Shown here: positions 35,401 to 47,400 of the stretch, in pieces
How the letters are laid out: each line of letters begins with the position of its first letter
Position numbering within the stretch: position 1 is the stretch's first letter
Assembly: GCA_950097015.1 (NCBI GenBank)
Contig: CATNEN010000002.1
Location: 6,696,001-6,760,000, forward strand
DNA: 64,000 nt
Direction: 5' to 3'
Source of the DNA: Macrostomum hystrix
Taxonomy: Eukaryota; Animalia; Platyhelminthes
Program-made: the position numbers and the translations under genes
Notes under the pieces: generated by a model
Seen by the model: only the letters and a program-made list of their open reading frames with translations
Told to the model about the DNA's origin: nothing
The model's database searches: none

Positions 35401-38400
35401 TCTAATGGGATCAGTTCCCAATGAGTTCTGTGGGATTCTAATGGGATCAATTCCCAATGAGTTCTGAGGGATTCTAATGGGATTAGTTCCCAATGAGTTC
35501 TGTGGGATTCTAATGGGATCAGTTCCCAATGAGTTCTGTGGGATTCTAATGGGATCAGTTCCCAATGAGTTCTGTGGGATTCTAATGGGATCAGTTCCCA
35601 ATGAGTTCTGTGGGATTCTAATGGGATCAGTTCCCAATGAGTTCTGTGGGATTCTAATGGGATCAGTTACCAATGAGTTCTGTGGGATTCTAATGGGATC
35701 AGTTCCCAATGAGTTCTGAGGGATTCTAATGGGATCAGTTCCCAATGAGTTCCCAAGGTAATTGATAGGAAAAACCCGTTTTATTTGCCAGAGGATATGC
35801 GACTGTTAAATCACTAGTCTTTGTTTTTTTATAAGAAAACATATTTTGCCTACAATAGCACAAAAAGAGATTGGAATGAATGAATGGTAATGATATGGAA
35901 AACAGCATTGCTACAGTGTCACGAAATATCATCTCGCTTTTCTTTGATTTTCCATTAATTGTTTTGCAAGATAGTCCAGTCTAAGCTAGCAGATGGCAAA
36001 TTTTCTGTTCAAACGAGAAGCATTAAAAATATTGTCAATCGTCAGGGACTCTTATGCAGAACACTGTAGAACATTGTTAGTATATAAAAAAATATAAAAG
36101 ATAATTGGCAAATTCTAAATAATGATCAATAATCAAAATACAGGTCGATAATTGGACGATTCTAAATACAGATCGATAATTGGAAGATTCAAAATACAGA
36201 TCGATAATTGGTAGATTCAAAATACAGATCGATAATTGGTAGATTCAAAATACAGATCGATAATTGGTAAATTCTAAAAACTGATCGATATTTGGTAAAT
36301 TCTAAAATACAGATCGATAATTGGTAGATTCAAAATACAGATCGATAATTGGAAGATTCAAAAATACAGATCGATAATTAGTAAATTCTAAAAACAGTTC
36401 GATATTTCGTAAATTCTAAAATACAGATCGATAATTGGTAGATCCAAAATATAGATCGATAAATGATAGATAAAAAATATAGATCGATAATTGGTAGATT
36501 CTATAGCAGATCGATGACTGATCGATTTCAAAAACCTATTTTAGACTCCCAACGCAGATTGATACCTGCTATATTCCCACAACCTGTAGTAATATAGTTT
36601 GTTATAATTGTGATTCAATCTGATTGGCTCATTCCAACAAACCCTTCGCCAGCTACAAGTCAGGCAAGACCGCCACAGGAGAAGCCTTCCAGCTCATCCG
36701 CGAGCTCGGCTTCCTGCCAGAGAACGGACACCGTCGGGACGCCCGCTCGATTGTTGTCCTGCTGACTGACGGACGCGCCAACGGCCGGGTGAACGCCGTG
36801 ACCGAGTCTGCCCGCCTTCGCGGCTCCGGGGTTGGTGCCAGCGTCCTCGCCATCGGCATCGGCTCCGGTGTTTCGCGAGGCTCCCTGCAGCTCCTGGCTG
36901 GCGAGGCCAAGCGGGTGACGCTGGTCAACGGCTTCGATGACCTCGGCAAGGTCAGCCGCCTGGTTACCAGCGTGCTCTGCGGCAGCTCCGACAGTGGAGC
37001 CGCAGTTGCCGCGGGTGTGAGCGTCAAGACCTGCGGCGTTGGACTGAAACTCATCGCTGGAGTCTGCGTGCCGGGTAGCCACTTTGGGAGTTCTTGACCT
37101 TGAGGGATATCACTCAACCTGAGCAGATTTCACTTAACCTGAGGAGATTTCACTCAACCAGAGGGGATTTCACTCAACCTGATGGGATAAAAGTTGCATG
37201 CCTAACTCTCATTTTCTCATCTGCCCCTCGCAGTGAAGCCAAAGTGTCGCCGTGTCTGTCCCAAGGGCTTCCTGCTGGTGCACCCCTGCAACTGTACCCC
37301 GGATGTTGCTGTCGGCTCCGGCTGCGTCAAATCGTGCCGCGAGTCCGAGATCCTCGTCCGCGGCTGCGTCTGCGTGCCGCGTCACGTGCCATCGAAGGCG
37401 GCAAAGCCGAAGGTGTGCAAGAAGGCCTGCCCGGAGGGCAAAAAGCTAAATGCAGCCAAGTGCAAGTGCGGTAAGTTGCTATGGGCTAAAAAAGGCAGGT
37501 ACATAATTATCCTCTGAACTCTGACACCCAGGTAGATAACTATCCACTAAACTCCTGACACCCAGGTAGATAATTATCCACTAAACTCCTGACACCCAGG
37601 TAGATAATTATCCACTAAACTCCTGACACCCAGGTAGATAATTATCCACTAAACTCCTGCCACCCAGGTAGATAATTATCCACTAAACTCCTGCCACCCA
37701 GGTAGATAATTATCCACTAAACTCCTGACACCCAGGTAGATAATTATCCACTAAACTCCTGCCACCCAGGTAGATAATTATCCACTAAACTCCTGACACC
37801 CAGGTAGATAATTATCCACTAAACTCCTGCCACCCAGGTAGATAATTATCCACTAAACTCCTGCCACCCAGGTAGATAATTATCCACTAAACTCCTGCCA
37901 CCCAGGTAGATAATTATCCACTAAACTCCTGCCACCCAGGTAGATAATTATTCGCTAAACCTTGACACCTTCAGAATGCGAGTCGAAGTGTCCCGGGCCG
38001 AACTTCTCGCAGGCTGCCGAGGACTGCTCATGCGCCTGCAGCATGCGCTGCCGACCTGGCCTGGCGCTCAATAAGAAGACCTGCGAGTGCCAGATGGGTA
38101 CGTGCAAACTGGATGGCCCAGTAATTCGATGATTGATGATTCGGATTTCATCGATATTCGTACCATTTCAGTGGACTGTCCGCCACACTTCGAGTACTTC
38201 GACGGTCGATGCAGGCACATTGTGAAGCGACTGTGCCCAGCCGGTCAGATACTGTTTAGGGACGTCTGCAAGCGAGGCAAGTCCAACTCTCTGGCTCTGA
38301 CTCTCACTGCTGACTCTCTAAATCTGGTATCTGACTCTCACTGCTGACTCTCTAAATCTGGTATCTGACTCTCACTGCTGACTCTCTAAATCTGGTATCT

Positions 38401-41400
38401 GACTCTCACTGCTGACTCTCTAAATCTGGTATCTGACTCTCACTGCTGACTCTCTAAATCTGGTATCTGACTCTCACTGCTGACTCTCTAAATCTGGTAT
38501 CTGACTCTCACTGCTGACTCTCTAAATCTGGTATCTGACTCTCACTGCTGACTCTCTAAATCTGGTATCTGACTCTCACTGCTGACTCTCTAAATCTGGT
38601 ATCTGACTCTCACTGCTGACTTCTAAATCTGGTATCTGACTCTCACTGCTGACTTCTAAATCTGACTCTCCGAATCTGACATCCGACTCTCCGAATCTGA
38701 CATCCGACTCTCCGAATCTGACATCCGACTCTCCGAATCTGACATCTGACTCTCCGAATCTGACATCCGACTCTCCGAATCTGACATCTGGCTCTCCGAA
38801 TCTGACATCTGGCTCTCCGAATCTGACATCTGACTCTCCGAATCTGACATCTGGCTCTCCGAATCTGACATCTGGCTCTCCGAATCTGACATCTGACTCT
38901 CCGAATCTGACATCTGGCTCTCCGAATCTGACATCTGACTCTCCGAATCTGACATCCGACTCTCCGAATCTGACATCTGGCTCTCCGAATCTGACATCTG
39001 ACTCTCCGAATCTGACATCTGACTCTCCGAATCTGACATCCGACTCTCCGAATCTGACATCTGGCTCTCCGAATCTGACATCTGACTGTCCGAATCTGAC
39101 ATCTGACTCTCCGAATCTGACATCTGACTCTCCGAATCTGACATCTGACTCTCCGAATCTGACATCTGGCTCTCCGAATCTGACATCTGACTCTCCGAAT
39201 CTGACATCCGACTCTCCGAATCTGACATCTGGCTCTCCGAATCTGACATCTGACTCTCCGAATCTGACATCTGACTCTCCGAATCTGACATCTGGCTCTC
39301 CGAATCTGACATCTGGCTCTCCGAATCTGACATCTGACTCTCCGAATCTGACATCTGACTCTCCGAATCTGACATCTGACTCTCCGAATCTGACATCTGA
39401 CTCTCCGAATCTGACATCTGACTCTCCGAATCTGACATCTGACTCTCCGAATCTGACATCTGACTCTCCGAATCTGACATCTGACTCTCCGAATCTGACA
39501 TCTGGCTCTCCGAATCTGACATCTGACTCTCCGAATCTGACATCTGACTCTCCGAATCTGACATCTGACTCTCCGAATCTGACATCTGACTCTCGGAATC
39601 TCAAGCCTGACCCGGATGTCTCTATTGACTTTTGTCTGATTTCCATCAATTAAAATTACTCCTTCTGACTGTCTGGCTCAGGAAAATGTTCTGTTCTAGT
39701 CGTGATTGCGTGAAATTCGCTCGAAAATCAAATTAAAACGGGAAAAACTGCTTGGCCAGCGGGACTACTTACAAATGAGTCACGAACTTTGCTCACCCGA
39801 TTCCCCCCTGAAAGGTCATTCCTGTCCGAAGGGCTACGAGCTTCACCGAGACAGAAAATGCTACAAAGTCGGCTGCGAGCCGGGATACAAGAAGGCCAAG
39901 GACGGCAGCTGCAAGAAGAGTGAGCTGGGAGCGACCGAGGGAGGGGGAAAAGTATTGGGAGAAAGGGGAGGGGGAAGGGAAAAAAAGAGAATAGGTTAAG
40001 GGGAAAAGATAGAGAGAGAATGGAGAAGGGGGAAGTATTTGGAGAATGGAGAAGGGGGAGAAGGATACAGAGAATGATGAAGGGGAGAAGGAGACAGAGA
40101 ATGATGAAGGGGAGAAGGAGACAGAGAATGAGGAAGGGGAGAAGGAGACAGAGAATGGGGAAGGGGAGAAGGAGACAGAGAATGAGGAAGGGGGGAAGGA
40201 TACAGAGAATGAGGAAGGGGAGAAGGAGACAGAGAATGAGGAAGGGGAGAAGGAGACAGAGAATGAGGAAGGGGAGAAGGATAGAGAGAATGAGGAAGGG
40301 GAGAAGGAGACAGAGAATGAGGAAGGGGAGAAGGATAGAGAGAATGAGGAAGGGGAGAAGGAGACAGAGAATGAGGAAGGGGAGAAGTATAGGGAGAGTG
40401 GGGAAGGAGGAGACGAATGGTTATACTTTACTCTTAACTCTTTAATTAATTCGAGTGATTGCATTTGGCACTGATTCTACTACTTTTTGAACTTTTATAT
40501 CCTAATAGATTTTAAATTTGAGTAGATTTTTCTAACTTAAATGGTAAAACTATCGTAAAACCCCCTGTTGTCAGTGTGCTCTGGCAAGCGGTATTACTAC
40601 AACCGCCGCTGCCACGAGCCCATGACCTGCGGAAAACGGAAGTACTTCCGTGTTAGCGCCAGCGGCTGCCCACGCACCTGCGCGGAGCCCGTCAGGCTGA
40701 CCCGCTGCCCCAAGGAGCGCCAGCCGGCGTGCGTGTGTCAGCCCTACTACCTGCTGCTCAATGGCAAATGCGTGCACCCCAGCGACTGCCCGAATGTGCC
40801 AAGTGAGTCCACACTGAGAGGGTCGTGGGTATTAAGGGGTTGTGGGGGCGGAAGGATTGTGGGTTTTAAGGGGTTGTGGGGGGCGGAAGGGTTGTGGGTT
40901 TTAAGGGGTTGTTTTGGCGGAAGGGTTGTGGGTTTTAAGGGGTTGTGGGGGCGGAAGGGTTGTTGGTTTTAAGGGGTTGTTTTGGCGGAAGGGTTGTGGG
41001 TTTTAAGGGGGTTTAGGGGGCAGAAGGGTTGTTGGTTTTAAGGGGTTGTTTTGGCGGAAGGGTTGTGGGTTTTAAGGGTTTTAGGGGGCAGAAGGGTTGT
41101 TGGTTTTAAGGGGTTGTTTTGGCGGAAGGGTTGTGGGTTGTAAGGGGGTTTAGGGGGCAGAAGGGTTGTTGGTTTTAAGGGGTTGTTTTGGCGGAAGGGT
41201 TGTGGGTTTTAAGGGATTGTGGGGGCGGAAGGGTTGTAGGTTTTAAGGGGTTGTTTTGGCGGAAGGGTTGTGGGTTTTAAGGGGGTTTAGGGGGCGGAAG
41301 GGTTGTTGGTTTTAAGGGGTTGTTTTGGCGGAAGGGTTGTGGGTTTTAAGGGGGTTTAGGGGGCAGAAGGGTTGTTGGTTTTAAGGGATTGTTTTGGCGG

Positions 41401-44400
41401 AAGGGTTGTGGGTTTTAAGGGTTTTAGGGGGCGGAAGGGTTGTGGGCTTTGATGGGTTGTAAGGGCTGATAGAATTTTGAGCTTCAAGAGCTATAGACTT
41501 TTTGGAGTTATAATAACTCGTATATTAAACATTTCTAAATCCTAGAAGCTAGAATTAATTATTTTAAGTATTAATGGCTCTGCGACTTGGCTTTCCGAGT
41601 GAAATTGGACACACTGAATAAAATGTCACGTCATCGCATCATGAGACGAAAGTACTCGTACAATTTTAGTAAATTTTTCTGCTTTTAAAAGCCAGAAATT
41701 GTTCTGGAAAGCAACGATGGGTTTTTGCGTTGCCTCTGCAGAGCATTAGGAGAATCGCATCAAACTTTATAATTTGATGGTATCCGTCCATTAAAAATGT
41801 TTTAAAAAGAAAGAATAATAATTGTGCTCAGGATTTGCCTTAAAAGTGCATCAATCCCACAGGTATTAGACTGGTCCCTGGACAGCTTAGCTTGATTGCC
41901 ACCTGCTACCTGTATGACCAACTGCCTTGGCCCTTCTCGCGCAGTGTCAATTGATGAAACCTCGGCTTGTACTTTTAAATTGCTTTTTGATCTGATACAA
42001 AATGCGGACTAAAAAGAAGAGTGGAGCCTCACAGATGCTCAGAATCTATAACTTGGGCTCTGCTGCAGTAGTTCAGAGTGAGAGCAGTGGTGATTGACAT
42101 GTTTTCGACGGCAGTCATTGATCCATTGCCAGTGACGCCCCGGGCGCAGAAACCCACCTATTCTGCTTCATCGATGATAGAGTAGATTGCTGGCCCTGTC
42201 ACTTCATTGATTTTTGGGCCACTGAAGCTGCGGGCGCGTCTCCAAGCTATCAATAACTGCGGTGTCTGAGCTAAGATAAGAGGCTGTGTGCTGAGACTTG
42301 GAAAAGCTTTAGAAGTCTGACACAATTCTCACGCAGTCGGCTGCACGATGACTCTCGCGCGTCAGCATCCGTCGCGTCATTCGAGCCCGACTTTCGCAGG
42401 CTGTCTTCCTTAATCCGCGGATTAGCGTGCACTTGCGCGCTTCAAGGGGCCTCAGTCAGACATGGTCCCTGAGGAATGGGAGAGGAAAAGATGCTCTTGC
42501 TCCAGTTAGAACAGTTGATACAGTGATACTTAATGATCTGGAGTAATTCTGGTTACAGGGACGATCCGCAATGTGATAAAGACATGATTCCATTTTGTTT
42601 TCCAAACTGATCACGCCTCATTATGAGACACTTTGAGTAGCAATTTGAGTAGCTGGGCAGGTGATCTTCAGATAATATCATTATGTTATTTACAATTTAC
42701 CACTACCGAAGCCTAAAATTAAAATGAAGTTTCATATTCAACTGCTTAACAATCCTTTTTGCCACTCACAAGTTTGCATCGAGAAGGCCGATGTGATCTT
42801 CATGCTGGACTCCTCGCTGACTGTGACTGAGCACAACTTCTACATGATGAAGAACTTTGTTCGCGACGTTGTGCAACAGTTCTACCTTCGCACCGGCACT
42901 CGACAGCGCGTTGGTGTCATGCGGTTCAACCACCGAGCCGACATCATTATGGACCTCGATAGCTGGCAGCGGCACAGCCACGAGGACATCCAGAAGCAGA
43001 TCGAGGCCCTCGAGTACCAGCCAGGCCTCACCTTCCTGGGCGAGGCGTTGCACACCGTGCGCACCCGGATGTGGCGAAAGCGCGCCGGTATGCGCGAAGA
43101 TGTTCCGCGCGTCACCATCCTGCTGACGGATGGTACGGACACGAATGGCCAGGTGGACCAGTACTACGAGGCTGAGAAGCTTCGCGAGCTTGGCGTTTTC
43201 TTCGTCACTATCGCCATGGGCGACCAGATTGGAGTCGGCGAGAACAGGCGCAGCCTCGAGAAGCTGGCCGGCCCAGAGGGCCGCGTCTTCATCTTCGGCC
43301 TGCATGACTTCCAGGACATCCACGGCCTGGTGTCCCGAGTGCTGTCATTCCACTGCGAGCGACCACGTAAGTGCACGCAATTTTTCTGAGACTTGCATGT
43401 TGCGTGCATTCTGAATTGTCTGATGAAAATATTTGTGCACCCCTCAGTGTGCCCGCATCCCTACCTCATCTACGGAGACTGCATCGGCGACTACAAGTCA
43501 ATCAGCCGGGTGGAGTACATCTCCGAGAAGTTCCGCTGCAAGAAGACAGTGCGGCACGACTTCAAGCGAATCCGCTGCGCCTGCCCTAAGCCCGACGTGA
43601 AGGAGGGCCCCTGCGTGAAGATGTTCAGAACGGTGGCACGAGGTGTCTACACTCTGGACAAAAAGGCCGGCATCTGCAAGGCCAAGTTCAAGGACTCCAA
43701 GGCCAGGTGCGCCTGCCCCGCCGACAAGGTGGTGGAGAGCCGCTGTCTGAACTACAAGCGTACAGTGACAACCACCGCCTTCACTCTCGTGCGCGCAGGT
43801 AGCGAGCCGGAGAGCGCCAAGTGCATACCGAAGACCACAACAAAGACATTGCGATGCGGTGAGTTGGTGTTCAGTCCTGACGGAGGTTCTCTGCAACCAA
43901 GGGGCATTAGGACATTTTAGTCTTCTTTAATGAACATTTAATTTTTATCGTCTTCGTGGTTCGTTCGTGACTTTCATCACGGATCACAATACGTTGTGAA
44001 TTTCTTAGCACTGGTACTGTACTTTTTCGCTCGTCATGAAACTAATGGCATAGGTACATTGAACACATAAATTTCTAGTAGGATATAAAGAACTGACGTA
44101 GAATAATTATCCGATGAAAATTTCGACAACACGATGCCTGCAGCATCGGTCGTGTAAATGTTTTACAAAGTTTATACGTAGTACAGTACTTAAGAAGCAA
44201 TGCGTTGCGCCCAATGAACATGAGAACTGTGATGCTTCACAGAAGCCAAAATAAATACACGTCGCAGTGTCCTCAGAGTGACAGCCGGTGCTAACAGCAC
44301 CCATCCTTGATCTGATCATCCGCGGTTCAGTTTCTAGCTAAAAATAAAAGGTGAGAACCGAATGACTGTACGTTAGAAACTAACGTGCATATTGTACATA

Positions 44401-47400
44401 TAGCATACATATTGTACATAAGTACAGTACTGCAGCACAAGGAGCGGATGCAGAGCATATATGGACAGTGGCAAACACCAAGTCAAGTTCTTAAAAATCC
44501 TTTGAAACTGCAATAAATTGGGCTCCAGTAATTTTTAAGTGGCTGTTAAAGCATAAAACAGATTCTTGAGCTCTGGCTCCGCTCTTGGCTGTCCAGCAAG
44601 CCAGTGTACAATTGTATGAGTTGCCAAGGCATCCGGAAGGATAACGGCTAAGATTTTGTTTGCGAAACTCACTCGAAATGGAAAACGGACTAAGAACAGA
44701 ATTAAAAGAACAGAATTAAACAAAATATGACACATGATTTTGCTTTCCGGATGTCTTCAGGCAGAGAATAGACAAACAGCTTCATACTGAAAGTTATCTG
44801 AAAAGCAATGGCTTTGCAGTCCGTTGTGTTCCTTTGCTGCTAGTTTAGCAGGTCTTTGTATCGACTAGCTTTTCTATGCAAACATCTTTCAAACAGTTAT
44901 GAACCAGCCTTTTGTTGATTAAAGAGAGTTTCAGTCTGACATAAAAGCACCTCGATGAGTCTCCTGATGTGAGCAACTGACGCGTGGCATTCCCCACCTG
45001 TTGTAGCCTCCGGGTACATCACGCTCAAGTACAAGCTGATTGACGAACCACCAGTGCTGAAGAAGCTGATCAAAGAAAACGTCGAAACGGTGATCAACCT
45101 AATGGCGGAGTCACTGGCTGACGCCCTGAAGCTCAAGAAGTACCAGGTGGCCGACATGAAGCTGAACGCTGACCTGCATGGCTCCTGCAAAGTGCCCTAC
45201 AAGGCAGCGCATCCATTCGCCGTGCTGGTGAAGTCAGACACTTTCAACTTCTTGTGGAAAAAGTCCAAGTTCAAGTTTAATCCTAAGTCGGTCAAGGTTA
45301 TCCTGCCTGGTAAGCTTCGGAGTTAAACGAACGGACACTTTAATTGTTTTCTGACATAAAATCGTAATAACGTAAGATTCAAATTTAGGAACATTGGTCA
45401 GTTTTCGCTAAGTGATATTCCAACAAGCATACTGCGCTTACCTTGCAGAGTGTCCGAAGCCGATTCGAAAGGAGGGTCCCTGCCTGCACAACTTCAAGCT
45501 CATCTACGAGACATTGTACAAGTTCGAGCACAAGTCGCTCAGCTGCGTAAAGATCACGCGCACAAAGGAGCTCAGGTGCTCGTGTCCAAAGCCAGTGGTG
45601 GAGACTGCTCACTGCAATGGAAAGTTCGTCCCAATCAAGGTCTACGAGCAAAGGGTCAACAAGCACAATGGCTGCAATGACATCTTGTGGACGGGATCGG
45701 CAAAGTGCGCTCGGTCGTGCAGCAAGCGCACCGATGTGGCCTTCGTAATCGACTCGTCTGACTCAGTGCGCGGCGCGAACTTTGAATATATTCGACGATT
45801 CATAGTTGCTGTAGCAAAACGGCTGGACGTGTCGCGCGACAACACTCACATCGCCGTGCTCAAGTACTCAAGCGTCGAGCAAATGAAGGTGGTTTTCAAC
45901 TTCGTGGCCCACTACAACTTCAAGTCCATGGCGCAGAGAGTGATGGAGATGCGCTACTCACCGGGCTCCACCTACACCGGCGACGCTCTGCGGAACTTCC
46001 GCCGCTTCCTGCTGAACTCCATCAACGGCTACCGCGGTGGCTCGTCGTCCGGCGTCGAGAGCGTCGTCGTGCTCGTGACCGACGGAGCGTCGAACAGTGC
46101 CATCGATCCGGTGAAGGAGGCCAGCAAGATCAAGGCACTCGGCTGCAGCATCGTCACAATTGGTGTCGGCGACGACGTTCAGAGCAAGGAGCTGGCGAAG
46201 GTCGCGAGCGAGCCGGCCGCGATCCACAGCTTCAAGGCGGACTCGTTCCGCGACCTCGTCGACTCGACGTTCGTCGAGTCAGTCGTGACGGCTACATGCC
46301 GAGTTGGAAAAGTCAATAAAGTTGCTGTTAAGCAACAGTGGACAAGTGAGTCCTTGCAGATGATAAAAACACTTTTGTTCTGTGTTACTAAGGAATTTTA
46401 GGTTAAAGTTAACGAGTCATCTTGCCTATCTTTCAGATAAAATTAGAGACCTCATGGCTCGAAAGATCGAACTGAACTTTGCCGATTTGGGCCTGACTAA
46501 GTTCGATCGTAAGTTTTTTGTGTTCTATTTTTTATAATTATGCATCACGTGCAAATATTTTCGGCGCAGTTGTTCATGGGAGCAAGCAAAATCACGAAAC
46601 TTTGCAGCCAAAGACCTGGCCCGATTTGAGTTCCGCCTTGAGGGTACCTACAGCGCCATTGTTGGCTCGACCCAGATGGCCAAGTCGACCTTCTTGTCGC
46701 GTGTTCGCGACGTTCTTGCTGAGGCGCTCTCCCTGCACCCGTTCAGCATCAGGAAGCTGCAGGTGACCAACAAACTCATTCTCAGCGGTCAGATCAGTGC
46801 AGCCAAGCTTGACAGGTTGAAGTCTCTAATCAAGGCTGATAAGCTGAAGCTCGGATGGCGCGGTTCGGCTTTGAAGATCGACAAGTCGAGCTTCGCCGTT
46901 TTATCTCCAGGTGAGAGAAGTCGTCGATTATGCTTTTGTTTCTAGCACACACGAAACTTTTACCTGGGGGCTGTGGGCACTGACGCTTCAGAAGGCTGCA
47001 GGCGATCCGTTGACTAAGAAGAGGCGCGATTCTGCTTATCGACATCTAAACCTTAAGCACACGTGAGCATCACTGACACACACGCACACAGGAATGTACA
47101 TCTGCTCTGAATTCTCCATCATCAGGTCGTGTCAATGTACAGTTAGCCTGTGTACACTCGAATGTGGACGTCTAGTTGGGCAGAGGGGTTTTTCAGGGGC
47201 AGGAAAACGCCAGCCAGTGCTATGTACATTGCCATCCTTTTAAAACCAACTGGGATTAAAATGTACACAAGAGACTAGCCACACCGCCTGCAAAGAATGG
47301 GTCCCTTCCCTCCGCTTCACACCGCAGCCTCCCTGCAAACTGTCCGGCTGGCCTCGACCTCAGCCGACCTGGCTACGGGCGTCACCCGGCCCCTCGGCCG

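Noticed and set aside
34853-35755. CRISPR-like array (36-bp units; also the 34-bp arrays at 37515, 38297, 51835)
   Set aside because: Units are head-to-tail with no unique spacers, there are no cas genes, and they lie in spliceosomal introns.
38576-39649. Long repeat ORFs (also 1-336, 22923-23516, 34762-35745, 39793-40474, 53252-53813, 59828-60547, 62987-63585)
   Set aside because: They are stop-free by-products of minisatellites, open in several frames or on both strands, and mostly inside introns of real genes.
44012-44432. Possible MITE bounded by GTACTGTACTT / AAGTACAGTAC
   Set aside because: The inverted match is only 11 bp, a similar motif also occurs internally, and there is no TSD or second copy.
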